DNA of 64,000 nucleotides, from positions 1 through 64,000 of the forward strand of contig JBDRLL010000020.1 in assembly GCA_043813075.1 (NCBI GenBank), in the 5' to 3' direction. The notes beneath the pieces are model-generated. The model was given only the letters and a program-made list of their open reading frames with translations. It ran no database searches and had not been told where the DNA came from. Positions 1-8,849 of this stretch are shown in pieces; the stretch's first letter is position 1; each line of letters opens with the position of its first letter. Origin of the DNA: Candidatus Altiarchaeota archaeon (lineage in GTDB: Archaea; Altiarchaeota; Altiarchaeia; IMC4; SCGC-AAA252-I15). Position numbers and translations under genes: made by a program.

Positions 1-1
1 G

Positions 2-1018
2 TCAGGCAGGGTGGTCGGCGTGACAGAACTGGATAAAGGCCTCGAGCTGAGCAGGGTCACAGTGCCCATCGGCGTCATCGGCGCGATATTCGAGTCGAGG
101 CCGAACGTTGTTGTCGACGTCGGCAGCCTTTGCTTGAAGTCCGGTAACGCAGTGTTAATGAAAGGTGGGAGCGAGGCATTGAATTCGAACAGGATTCTAT
201 ACGAGATCATGAAGGAGGCTTCAGAGTCCGCTGGGATACCTGAAGGCTGGATACAATTACTGGAAACTCGCGAGGATGTGAAGCAACTGCTTGGCCTTGA
301 CGAGTATGTGAGCCTTCTGGTTCCGAGGGGCAGCAACGAGTTCGTGAAATACATCCAGGACAACACCAGGATTCCCGTGCTCGGGCATGCATCGGGAATA
401 TGCCATGTTTTTGTTGACCGTGACGCGGACCTGGATATGGCAGAGAAGATAGTGTTTGACGCGAAATGCCAGTACCCTGCAGTATGCAATGCGATGGAGA
501 CACTGCTTGTCGACGAGAAGGTGGCGGTGGAGTTTCTGAAGCGGATTAGCGCGAAGTTCGCTAAGGCAGGAGTCGAGATGAGGGGTGATGAGGGGGTGTG
601 CAGGCTGGCCGACGGCGTGATAAAAGCTGGCGAAGAGGACTGGAGCACCGAATACAACGACCTCATCGTCAACATAAAACTAGTCTCCGATATAAGCGAG
701 GCGATAGAACGCATAAACAAGTACGGTTCAGGCCACACGGACGCCATAGTGACTGAAAACAAGGATACTGCCGAGAAGTTCATGCAGTCTGTGGACTCGT
801 CTAGCGTGATGTGGAACGCCTCAACAAGGTTCAGCGACGGATTCCGGTACGGGTTGGGTGCGGAAGTCGGCATCAGCACCAACAAGATACACGCGAGAGG
901 TCCGGTAGGCCTTGAGGGCCTGGTAATCTACAAGTGGGTTCTGAAGGGTAGTGGGCATGTGGTGGCAGAATACTCCGGGAAAAACGCGAGGAAATTCACG
1001 CACAAGAAGCTGAAATAA
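2..1018 (+). CDS. proA: Gamma-glutamyl phosphate reductase, 5' part outside the window
   Basis: Motifs IFESRPNV, YPAVCNAMETLL (catalytic Cys), HTDAIVT, NASTRFSDG and STNKIHARGPVGL. The frame is open to the window edge. Confidence 0.96.
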   Translation, partial: SGRVVGVTELDKGLELSRVTVPIGVIGAIFESRPNVVVDVGSLCLKSGNAVLMKGGSEALNSNRILYEIMKEASESAGIPEGWIQLLETREDVKQLLGLDEYVSLLVPRGSNEFVKYIQDNTRIPVLGHASGICHVFVDRDADLDMAEKIVFDAKCQYPAVCNAMETLLVDEKVAVEFLKRISAKFAKAGVEMRGDEGVCRLADGVIKAGEEDWSTEYNDLIVNIKLVSDISEAIERINKYGSGHTDAIVTENKDTAEKFMQSVDSSSVMWNASTRFSDGFRYGLGAEVGISTNKIHARGPVGLEGLVIYKWVLKGSGHVVAEYSGKNARKFTHKKLK

Positions 1019-1026
1019 AAAAATTC

Positions 1027-1051
1027 GGGGGCCTCACAGCGTGAAGCCCCC
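1027..1051. terminator. GC-rich hairpin between convergent genes, probably a bidirectional terminator
   Basis: GGGGGCCTCAC-AGC-GTGAAGCCCCC (one mismatch), with an A-run on the left (T-run on the minus strand) and TTT on the right. Confidence 0.6.
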
Positions 1052-1078
1052 TTTCTACGGGTGTGGTGGTTAGACTGA

Positions 1079-2674
1079 TCAGTCCCCTGGTAGTGTCGGC
1101 GGCGTTGGGATAGTCTCACCTACTTTTCCGAGCGTACAGTCTTCCCTAGCCTTCACTACGAATCCGTGGAACACGTCTGACTTGCCGAACTCGTAGTATC
1201 CACTCATCCTCTCCCATGATTGCCTGCTGGAACGCCAGGCGTATGCCCTGTCAAAATCGCAGTCTAAACTAACCTCCTCCAGGCTCTTACCATCCATGTC
1301 ATCAGTCACTGGCACGAAATTCCAGCCCTCCTCAATTGGCAGGCCCGCGTATGTCGTGTACTCTGCCACCCGGAATCTCAGACTGTCTTCGACTGGCGTG
1401 TACACCCAGAACGAGTTTTGCATGAGATACTTCCTGAATCCGTCTGACCCGAGAATCCTCCTCGCATCAGTGAATGACACGAACCTCTTCTCGTCCTTCA
1501 GGTAGATGAAGAAGTACTTCCCGGAATGCATGGTGTCGACCTCTTCCACGGCATATTCCATCTTGGAGTCCACAGCCATGATGCGATATCTAATGTCCCC
1601 GGGCAGGCTTGCTAGATTCCATCCCTTATCCAGCTTTATTATGACCTCCTCTCCGGGCGGTATTGGCGGTACAATCCATCCCACGTTAAGGGTAGCTTTG
1701 CCACTCCCCATCGTACCGTCCTCAGCCTTCACGTATACTTCAAATCGGTATTCTCTCGCGGGTGGCATTCTGGCGACAGCGATATCAGTACTTGCAGTCG
1801 ACTCGGCACCCATCACCTGCTTATCCTCGTATTCATCGGTGTCCACCACAATCTTGAACTCGGCTGTTGAGCCAGGATAAACACTAACGGAATCAGGATA
1901 CTCCAGGCCGAACGGAAGCCCGCTGACGCCCACACTGTACTCCACAGGCTTCTGCAGGCATTTGGATGATGCCCCACCATCAGCCAGCGCAGCACACTTG
2001 TAGACTGGGTGATTGTCCTTCAGCTTGACATAGTACACTGCGGTGCCTCCATGCACGACATTCTGATATGAAGGGTTGACGTACACTTCCGCTTTGTTAC
2101 TGCCCGTATCGTATACGTTCAGTATGGCCTTGTCATATCCTCTCGAACCGTCCTCGCCATAGGCTGAGACTGTGAAGTGATACGGCCTGTTAACAAGACC
2201 GATACTACTAACCTCGGCTTCTCCCTCCTCGCTGTTGGAGTATGCTTTAATGACTTCAGCCCTCATGCTCGTGTCTACGACAAGCTTGAACTCCTCGACT
2301 TCACCCGGCTTCAACTCGATACTGGTTGTATGCTCCAGGCCGAACGGAAGCCCGCTGACGCTTATCCCATACCTGACGGGCTTCAGGTCTATCATGCAAT
2401 TCCTGACAACCTCCGTGTCTGGAGTATCCCTGCAGGTTGGGCGGGGGTGCATGTCCTCAATGGTAATATAATACACTATTGTGTCTCCCTCCCTGACCTT
2501 CTGTTGGGATGGTCTTATGGAAACCTTAACATTGTTTCCATACAATACTGGTTCTGCGACAGCAATGCTGCCGTCCACTTCCACAGCTTTTGCTGTGACT
2601 CCATTCGCAGCCAAGGCCCGCGTTGAAAGCAGGGCCAAGACAAGCAATACAAACGCTTTGTTCAATACTTTCAT
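1079..2674 (-). CDS. Secreted or surface protein with two tandem ~144-aa beta-rich (Ig-like) repeats and a C-terminal GWN-motif domain
   Basis: ATG 2674 follows the RBS GAGGTGA. Signal peptide MKVLNKAFVLLVLALLSTRALA; repeated PS.Q.V..G...YY...D.HP...C...C...VSGLPFGLE...EFK.VVDT; GWNLASLP and GWNFVPV motifs. Confidence 0.8.
   Translation of the reverse strand: MKVLNKAFVLLVLALLSTRALAANGVTAKAVEVDGSIAVAEPVLYGNNVKVSIRPSQQKVREGDTIVYYITIEDMHPRPTCRDTPDTEVVRNCMIDLKPVRYGISVSGLPFGLEHTTSIELKPGEVEEFKLVVDTSMRAEVIKAYSNSEEGEAEVSSIGLVNRPYHFTVSAYGEDGSRGYDKAILNVYDTGSNKAEVYVNPSYQNVVHGGTAVYYVKLKDNHPVYKCAALADGGASSKCLQKPVEYSVGVSGLPFGLEYPDSVSVYPGSTAEFKIVVDTDEYEDKQVMGAESTASTDIAVARMPPAREYRFEVYVKAEDGTMGSGKATLNVGWIVPPIPPGEEVIIKLDKGWNLASLPGDIRYRIMAVDSKMEYAVEEVDTMHSGKYFFIYLKDEKRFVSFTDARRILGSDGFRKYLMQNSFWVYTPVEDSLRFRVAEYTTYAGLPIEEGWNFVPVTDDMDGKSLEEVSLDCDFDRAYAWRSSRQSWERMSGYYEFGKSDVFHGFVVKAREDCTLGKVGETIPTPPTLPGD
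1901..2361. repeat. 29-bp exact direct repeat (1901-1929 and 2333-2361) inside the surface protein gene
   Basis: CTCCAGGCCGAACGGAAGCCCGCTGACGC occurs twice, 432 bp apart. Confidence 0.9.
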
Positions 2675-2790
2675 TTGATTCACCTCGCATAGTTGAACCA
2701 ATGAACCCTATAAAAACATTAGGGTGTACAAGCCTGAACAAGCATGAACAAAGGCTTTTAACTCGCCACTCACATTCAATATTGATTGTC

Positions 2791-3579
2791 ATGAAGGTCG
2801 CTTTTATCGGGGTCGGGAGGATGGGGGGAACCCTTCTGAAATGCCTCATAGATCATGATTTGCTGGCTGCTTCGGACGTGTGCGCCTACGACCTGGATGA
2901 GAAACGCCTTCAAGAACTGCCTGGTGGAGTGGTTAAAGCCCGTACTGCAGGGGATGCTGTCTCACAGTCAGATATACTCTTCCTATGCGTTAAGCCTAAG
3001 GATGTGGGGGCTCTGCTCGATGATATCGGTGAACGCTGTTCCGGAAAGCTCATAGTCTCCATAGCGGCGGGGATATCCACTGGCTTCATCGAGAAATACT
3101 GTCCTGGATCACGGGTGATACGCGTCATGCCGAACACTCCAGCACTCGTCGGCGAGATGGCTGCAGCATACAGTACTGGTTCAAGGGCGGGTCAGGAGGA
3201 CTCCCAGCTTGTTGAACGTCTATTAAAGAGCCTTGGGGTAATAGTCAAAGTGGAAGAGTCTCTAATGGATGCGGTAACAGGACTATCGGGCAGCGGGCCG
3301 GCATATGTGTACTATGTCATAAAGCACTTGGCTGAGGGGGGGGTTGCGGAAGGAATGGACGAGGAGACCGCGCTCCAACTGGCAGTGAAGACTGTTAAGG
3401 GCGCTGCCGTCATGGTCGAGGAGACTGGTATGAGTCCGGACGAGCTTATAGGTATGGTGAAGAGTCCGGGCGGGACGACTGTGGAGGGTCTTAAAACCCT
3501 AGACGAATGCGGTGTTGGAGAAGCCTTGCGTAAGGCTGTTTCAAAAGCATCTAAGAAATCGAAGGAGTTGGGCAAATAA
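2791..3579 (+). CDS. proC: Pyrroline-5-carboxylate reductase
   Basis: MKVAFIGVGRMG Rossmann start, plus LCVKP, SIAAG, RVMPNTP, TGLSGSGPAY and SPGGTT. The start was moved to ATG 2791. Confidence 0.96.
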   Translation: MKVAFIGVGRMGGTLLKCLIDHDLLAASDVCAYDLDEKRLQELPGGVVKARTAGDAVSQSDILFLCVKPKDVGALLDDIGERCSGKLIVSIAAGISTGFIEKYCPGSRVIRVMPNTPALVGEMAAAYSTGSRAGQEDSQLVERLLKSLGVIVKVEESLMDAVTGLSGSGPAYVYYVIKHLAEGGVAEGMDEETALQLAVKTVKGAAVMVEETGMSPDELIGMVKSPGGTTVEGLKTLDECGVGEALRKAVSKASKKSKELGK

Positions 3580-3580
3580 T

Positions 3581-3982
3581 ATGGTTTCAAAGAGGATAGA
3601 GTCTGTGTCAGGGCAACTTCAGGTTGTGTACAGTTACATACATACTTCCGGCAGCAAGGTCACAAGTCTTACGATAAGCATGCCAAAGACTAAGGGCGAC
3701 AGGTTCTGCATGGTGACGTTCAGCGACAAGGTGAATATCATACGCGTGAAACTCAGCATGGACGAGATAGCAGGCCTTGCCGACTCTATCGGGAGGGATG
3801 CTGAATGGAACTGCTACCACACCTTCAAGAGCGCGAAGACTAGTTCAGAGACGAGAATGCAGTACGGCAACAGCTTCATAAACGCCGAGAAGGACCGGAA
3901 CAGGGTGGCGTTAAAACTCACCGGCGACGAGAAGGCGAGCCTGAAGCTCGTGTTTGAAAACATTTTCTCCAGACTGATTTAG
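3581..3982 (+). CDS. Hypothetical protein (133 aa), possibly a Whirly/PC4-like ssDNA-binding fold
   Basis: ATG lies 1 nt after the proC stop. Two beta-strand-plus-helix units end in KLSMDEIAGL and KLTGDEKASL. Confidence 0.65.
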   Translation: MVSKRIESVSGQLQVVYSYIHTSGSKVTSLTISMPKTKGDRFCMVTFSDKVNIIRVKLSMDEIAGLADSIGRDAEWNCYHTFKSAKTSSETRMQYGNSFINAEKDRNRVALKLTGDEKASLKLVFENIFSRLI

Positions 3983-4156
3983 ATGTTCGTCAGAAAGAAG
4001 AGGATTAAGGGCAGGGAATACTACTACCTGGTCAAGAGCGTCCGCAGGGACGGTAGGGTGAGTCAGGAGTTCGTAGAATACCTCGGTTCTGAGGCTCCTT
4101 CCCCCAGACAGCTGGCTGAAGTCAAGACCAGGCACGATAAGGGGCCTAAAGATTGA
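3983..4156 (+). CDS. Small basic protein (57 aa) resembling the N-terminal domain of IS1634-type transposases and archaeal Fic proteins; not in the ORF track
   Basis: Hand translation: MFVRKKRIKGREYYYLVKSVRRDGRVSQEFVEYLGSEAPSPRQLAEVKTRHDKGPKD. The ATG abuts the previous stop. Confidence 0.75.
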   Translation: MFVRKKRIKGREYYYLVKSVRRDGRVSQEFVEYLGSEAPSPRQLAEVKTRHDKGPKD

Positions 4157-4346
4157 ATATCCCCCTCTTCTTCTGCTCTATGGGTGGTGGGGAATCCCCG
4201 CCAGCTATCTTACGCATGTCACTCCTCAAACCCACAATCTCCTTGTTGATTTTACTCAAATATTCCTCAATAGCGTCCAGCTTATACCTGATCGAGTAGA
4301 CTTCGTTGTATATCTCCTGACTATATCCGTCGCCCATCTGATTCAC
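4146..4346 (-). CDS. Small coiled-coil hypothetical protein
   Basis: Heptad pattern IRYKLDAIEEYLSKINKEIVGLRSDMRKI. A TATA-like TTATATT lies ~25-30 nt upstream. Confidence 0.55.
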   Translation of the reverse strand: MNQMGDGYSQEIYNEVYSIRYKLDAIEEYLSKINKEIVGLRSDMRKIAGGDSPPPIEQKKRGIFNL

Positions 4347-4380
4347 CTATTATGATATCGGGTTAGTCCAATATAAGCGC

Positions 4381-5442
4381 TCACAAGGAGCCTATCACCG
4401 CATCCGCCATGTCTCCCGTGCTCTTCCCTGTGACGGGATTCAAGTCAGGCGTCACGTTTTCCCCTATGGAGAGGACTTTCGCGACAGCATCCTCCAGCCT
4501 GACGGCAGCATCCCCCTCACCAATGTGCTTCAGCATCAGGACTCCGCTAAGAATCAATCCTGTAGGATTAGCGATACCCTTCCCCGCGATGTCTGGCGCA
4601 CTGCCGTGCGTGGCCTCAAACACCGCGTAGTCGCCGCCTATGTTGGCGCCGGGCGCGACGCCCAGCCCGCCGACAAGTCCGGCGCAAAGGTCGCTTACAA
4701 TGTCTCCATACAGGTTTGGCATAACCAGCACGTCGAACTGCCGAGGGTCCTGCACCAGCTGCATGCACACCGCGTCGACTAGCCGGTGCTCGTACTTGAT
4801 GTCATAACTGCCAGCCACCTTCTCCGCGGTCTTCATGAACAGGCCGTCACTGTACTTCATTATGTTGGCTTTAGTTACCGCAGTTACCTTAGTCCTGTTG
4901 TTCTTGACCGCATAGTCGAAGGCGAAGTCGGCTATCCTCCTGCTGCAGTATTCTGAAATCGGCTTCAGGCTGACTGCAGAACCATCCCTTATCTCCCTGC
5001 CTGTCTTGTCCTTGACGAAGGCTGCCAGCTCCTTAACGTCACTGCCGCCGGCATCGAACTCTATTCCAGCGTACAGTCCTTCAGTGTTCTCGCGGACGAC
5101 AATCAAGTCGACCCCATCATACCTGCTTTTGACACCCTCATATGTTTTGCATGGTCTGACGCACGCGTACAAGTCAAGTTTCTGCCGCAACTCCACGTTG
5201 ACGCTCCTGAAGCCCTTCCCTATTGGCGTTGTCACCGGAGCCTTAAGCGCCACCTTGTTCTCCATTATGCTGTCCACCACACTGTCTGGCAGCGGCTTGC
5301 CTTCTGACTCGCAGGCTTTGGTTCCAGCCTCCTGCACGTCCCAGTCCACCGACACTCCTGTGGCCTCAATGCATTTGACTGCGGCGTCCGTTATCTCCGG
5401 GCCTATCCCGTCTCCGGGTATTAGGGTTATCCTGTGGCTCAT
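4381..5442 (-). CDS. icd: Isocitrate/isopropylmalate dehydrogenase family enzyme, probably NAD-dependent isocitrate dehydrogenase
   Basis: IPGDGIGPEI, SVNVELRQ, RENTEGLY, KANIMK, NLYGDIVSD and EATHGSAPDIAGKGIANP. It lies downstream of aconitase on the same strand. Confidence 0.85.
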   Translation of the reverse strand: MSHRITLIPGDGIGPEITDAAVKCIEATGVSVDWDVQEAGTKACESEGKPLPDSVVDSIMENKVALKAPVTTPIGKGFRSVNVELRQKLDLYACVRPCKTYEGVKSRYDGVDLIVVRENTEGLYAGIEFDAGGSDVKELAAFVKDKTGREIRDGSAVSLKPISEYCSRRIADFAFDYAVKNNRTKVTAVTKANIMKYSDGLFMKTAEKVAGSYDIKYEHRLVDAVCMQLVQDPRQFDVLVMPNLYGDIVSDLCAGLVGGLGVAPGANIGGDYAVFEATHGSAPDIAGKGIANPTGLILSGVLMLKHIGEGDAAVRLEDAVAKVLSIGENVTPDLNPVTGKSTGDMADAVIGSL

Positions 5443-5475
5443 ATGGATATCTATTGGATTTCAGGTTAAAACCAT

Positions 5476-6102
5476 TCAGCTTGTGCAGCAGCAGATTCTC
5501 CTGTATGTCGAGCAGTCATCGTCCAGGTTAAGCTGATGGTCTCCCTGGGGGCAGCCTCCCTCCTTGCAGTAGTGCCCGTCATACCCCCTCTGGTTGCATT
5601 CGTAGTCGCATTCATTCTCGTATATCCTCACGCACTCTCCTTTGACGCAGTCCTCGTATGTCTCGCACTTGTCAACCACCTCCTGCCTGATTTTTCCAAC
5701 GCACCTGGATGTCGGCGTGCCCCTGTTCTCGCACCTGTATGTTGTAGTGTAATTCCAGATGCTGTTTTTCCTGCATATGAATGTTGACACTACGCCCCCG
5801 CAGTCTTCATCAGAATCACATCTCCTGCCGCTCATGGTTGTGGTCATGCTTGTTGTCGTGACTGTTGTTGTGGTGACTGTTGTCGTGCTGGTCGACGTCG
5901 TCGAAGTGATTGTGGTGGTCGTGGTGGATGTGCTGGTTGTTGTAGTGGTCGTGTTGCGGGGTATCAATTCCACAGCCTTCCTAAAGTGATTCTTCGCGTA
6001 TTCCAGCAGTTTCCCCGGGGAGGCGGTGGATATGGCGAGGAGCATTATTGACGCGGAGATTATCGACAGTATGAGTAGGGCTTCAATCCAGTTCGCCATC
6101 AT
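5476..6102 (-). CDS. Membrane-anchored protein with a Thr-rich stalk and two Cys-rich domains
   Basis: N-terminal hydrophobic helix, a ~40-residue Thr/Ser run, then 16 Cys ending ICCCTS. Confidence 0.8.
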   Translation of the reverse strand: MMANWIEALLILSIISASIMLLAISTASPGKLLEYAKNHFRKAVELIPRNTTTTTTSTSTTTTTITSTTSTSTTTVTTTTVTTTSMTTTMSGRRCDSDEDCGGVVSTFICRKNSIWNYTTTYRCENRGTPTSRCVGKIRQEVVDKCETYEDCVKGECVRIYENECDYECNQRGYDGHYCKEGGCPQGDHQLNLDDDCSTYRRICCCTS

Positions 6103-6117
6103 AGATCATCAACTGGT

Positions 6118-8031
6118 TCATGACCTGTTCTTAGTGTGATTCAGCAGACCGCCAGCCAGGAGTATCTGCACCTGCCTCTTAGAGTAATCGTTTCTCACGA
6201 TGATCTCCCTCTTCTTTGTCTTGTTCTTAACAGTGAACTCCTTCTCACATATCTTGCTCCTCATGTCGTCGAAATCTAGGATATCATCCTGTTCCACCCC
6301 ATCGTAATACTTGTCGTCAGCGAATTCAAGCGGCAGTATCCCGAAGTTTATCAGGTTCGACTTGTGTATCCTGGCGAAAGACTTGGCTATCACGGCCTTG
6401 ACTCCCAGGTACATTGGCGCGAGCGCGGCATGCTCCCTGCTGGAACCCTGCCCATAGTTGGCGCCTCCAACAATGAAACCTCCGCCAGATTCCTTGGCTC
6501 GCATGGGAAACGACTCGTCGACTCTAGTGAACACGTATTCGCTGATGGCGGGTATGTTGCTCCTTAATGGCAGTATCTTCGAGCCTGCGGGCATTATATG
6601 GTCTGTGGTAACGTTATCCCCCGTCTTGAGCAGGACAAAGCCGTTAAAATCATCTTCCATCTCCCTGCCCAACGGAAGCGGCTTGATGTTAGGCCCCCTC
6701 AATACTCTTATCACGCTAGTGTCTGAGGGCGGCTTGATTATCATGCCGTCTTCGACTACGAAGTCTGGGAGTCTGATTTCAGGCGGTTTGCCAAGCGTCC
6801 TTGGATCGGTCAGCTCGCCCTTTAGCGCTGAGGCAACAGCGACTTCAACACTTGAGAGATAGACCTTCGCGTCCGCAGTACCACTCCTCCCCTCGAAATT
6901 CCGGTTGAACGTCCTTATGGAAATCCCTCCAGAATTCGGGCTCTGACCCATCCCTATGCAGGGTCCGCAGGCGGGCTCAAGTATTCTGGCTCCAGCCTTG
7001 ATTAGCGTGGCAAGACCTCCTTCGCGGGCGAGGGTCTCGTAAACCTGCCTCGACCCTGGCGAAACGGTGAAGCTGACGTCAGGGTGTATCGTGCCTCCCT
7101 CAAGCATCCTTGCCGCTGTCATAAGGTCTTTCAGGGAAGAGTTAGTGCACGAGCCTATGCACACTTGATCCACCTTCATGCCCTGGATGTCCGCTACTTT
7201 CGTGACAGCATCCGGGCTGTGTGGTTGAGCAATCAAGGGTTCCACAGAATCCAAGTACAACTCAATGTTTTCCGAGTACTCTTCACCGTCTGCCTCCAGC
7301 CTGGTCCAGTCGCTGGCACGCCCTTGCTTCTCAAGGAATCCCCTTGTTATGTCATCGCTCGGGAATATGGATGTGGTGGCGCCAAGCTCTGCGCCCATAT
7401 TGGTGATGGTGGCGCGTTCAGGCACGCTCAAGTTCCCGACCCCAGGTCCGTGATACTCGAAGATCTTGCCCACACCCCCCTTAACACCAAGCCGCATGAG
7501 GATATCGAGTATGGCGTCTTTAGCCGAGCACCAGTCATTCAAAACACCATCAAGCTTAACGCCGACTATCTCCGGCATACTCGTGTAGAAGGGTCCTCCC
7601 CCCATGGCGACTGCGACGTCAAGGCCTCCAGCACCTATCGCTATCATGCCCATGCCCCCTGACGTGGGCGTGTGGCTGTCTGAGCCTAGCAGCGTTTCAC
7701 CAGGTTTCGCGAACCGTTCGAGGTGTATCTGATGGCATACGCCGTTGCCTGGCCTGCTGAAGAGTATGCCGTATTTTGCGGCGAATGTCTGCAGGAAACG
7801 GTGGTCGTCGGCGTTCCTGTAGTCTGTCTGGAGCGTGTTGTGGTCGACATAGCTGACCGAAAGTCTGGTCTTGACCTTCGGTATCCCCATCGCCTCGAAC
7901 TGGAGGTATGCTAGGGTGCCTGTCGCGTCTTGAGTGAGCGTCTGGTCTATTACGACTCCTATCTCCGAGCCTGATTCCATGGCGCCTTCCACAAGGTGTT
8001 CCCCCAGTATTTTTTCAGCTACGGATGCCAT
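6118..8031 (-). CDS. acnA: Aconitate hydratase (single-chain, short form)
   Basis: QDATG, VDHN, GSDSHT, IGSCTN, CGPCIG, TTDHI and GQGSSREHA. Confidence 0.92.
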   Translation of the reverse strand: MASVAEKILGEHLVEGAMESGSEIGVVIDQTLTQDATGTLAYLQFEAMGIPKVKTRLSVSYVDHNTLQTDYRNADDHRFLQTFAAKYGILFSRPGNGVCHQIHLERFAKPGETLLGSDSHTPTSGGMGMIAIGAGGLDVAVAMGGGPFYTSMPEIVGVKLDGVLNDWCSAKDAILDILMRLGVKGGVGKIFEYHGPGVGNLSVPERATITNMGAELGATTSIFPSDDITRGFLEKQGRASDWTRLEADGEEYSENIELYLDSVEPLIAQPHSPDAVTKVADIQGMKVDQVCIGSCTNSSLKDLMTAARMLEGGTIHPDVSFTVSPGSRQVYETLAREGGLATLIKAGARILEPACGPCIGMGQSPNSGGISIRTFNRNFEGRSGTADAKVYLSSVEVAVASALKGELTDPRTLGKPPEIRLPDFVVEDGMIIKPPSDTSVIRVLRGPNIKPLPLGREMEDDFNGFVLLKTGDNVTTDHIMPAGSKILPLRSNIPAISEYVFTRVDESFPMRAKESGGGFIVGGANYGQGSSREHAALAPMYLGVKAVIAKSFARIHKSNLINFGILPLEFADDKYYDGVEQDDILDFDDMRSKICEKEFTVKNKTKKREIIVRNDYSKRQVQILLAGGLLNHTKNRS

Positions 8032-8182
8032 CGACTATCCTTATTTTAATTTTTTTGGTAAAAAACAGAACCAAAAACGCTATTTGTATAGTATAAGAAA
8101 TGCTTTGTCTCTAATCGACAGGATTTTATATACTGAACTATATATATTAATTGAGGTTGGGGTGGTACTAGAGGCTAGTACC

Positions 8183-8824
8183 ATGAGGCTGGAATCTGAT
8201 TACAGGAGTAGGGTTGGAGGCCAGGGTTTTCTTGGCCGGATTGCTGATGACGTTTCAAGCGACACTTACCGTCCCGTGCCATCCAAGTCAAGCTATTCTC
8301 AACAGCATCTGTCTGGCGGCGACGGGTCCACTCACGTGTTCAGGGCGAAGAAGCCTAGCGTGAATGACGGCGATTCAAGACAGGCCAAGCTGGTTGACGA
8401 CTGCAACATCTTCGGGATGCTTAACTCATCCTCCCCTACCGGGTCTGGTAGTCCGCAGAAGTCTTCTGGCAAGAGTTATTCATGTAATGGTAAGGGCAAC
8501 TATTTCACGCGTCTCTTGGACGAGGTTGACTGCGGTGATAAGCCCAAGAAGTCTTATGAAGTCAAGGACAAGGACAAGTGCAGCGATCTCCAGAGTCGCG
8601 TGAAGTGGCTTGAAACGGCATTCAAGGAAGAGGATTCAGGTTCTAACGTTTCCTGCCTCCGTACGCCTGCTGGTGACGGAGACTGCATGGACATCATAAT
8701 GTCCATGTTCTACCGCATCAAGGCTCTGAGGAGGTATGGCATGCCCCAGCAGGCTTCAAGCGAGCTGGAGCTGATGACCGAGGATTTGAACCAGCTGATG
8801 GGCCTCATGAAGAAGCTTGAATGA
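8183..8824 (+). CDS. Hypothetical protein with a Ser/Lys-rich N-terminal half and a helical C-terminus
   Basis: 213-codon ORF from ATG 8183 after an AT-rich intergenic region with TTTTATATA and TATATATTAA. No family recognised. Confidence 0.6.
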   Translation: MRLESDYRSRVGGQGFLGRIADDVSSDTYRPVPSKSSYSQQHLSGGDGSTHVFRAKKPSVNDGDSRQAKLVDDCNIFGMLNSSSPTGSGSPQKSSGKSYSCNGKGNYFTRLLDEVDCGDKPKKSYEVKDKDKCSDLQSRVKWLETAFKEEDSGSNVSCLRTPAGDGDCMDIIMSMFYRIKALRRYGMPQQASSELELMTEDLNQLMGLMKKLE

Positions 8825-8849
8825 GTCTCTTCATGGTGTCGATGATGCT

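Noticed and set aside
1027-1051. SECIS element or small RNA
   Set aside because: It is short, lies between convergent stops with A/T runs on both sides, and no recoded gene is nearby, so a terminator fits better.
3983-4156. IS1634-type insertion sequence
   Set aside because: Only the N-terminal-like motif is present, with no DDE domain, terminal inverted repeats or target duplication.
5835-5955. GTT/GTC/GTG-rich stretch as a microsatellite
   Set aside because: It is the mixed-codon Thr/Ser stalk of the minus-strand surface protein.
7934-8182. N-terminal extension of the 296-aa ORF (similar over-long starts at 2623, 3512, 29520, 44615, 53693 and 58926)
   Set aside because: The extensions overlap neighbouring genes or AT-rich promoters, and downstream ATGs fit the RBS/TATA spacing and family N-termini.
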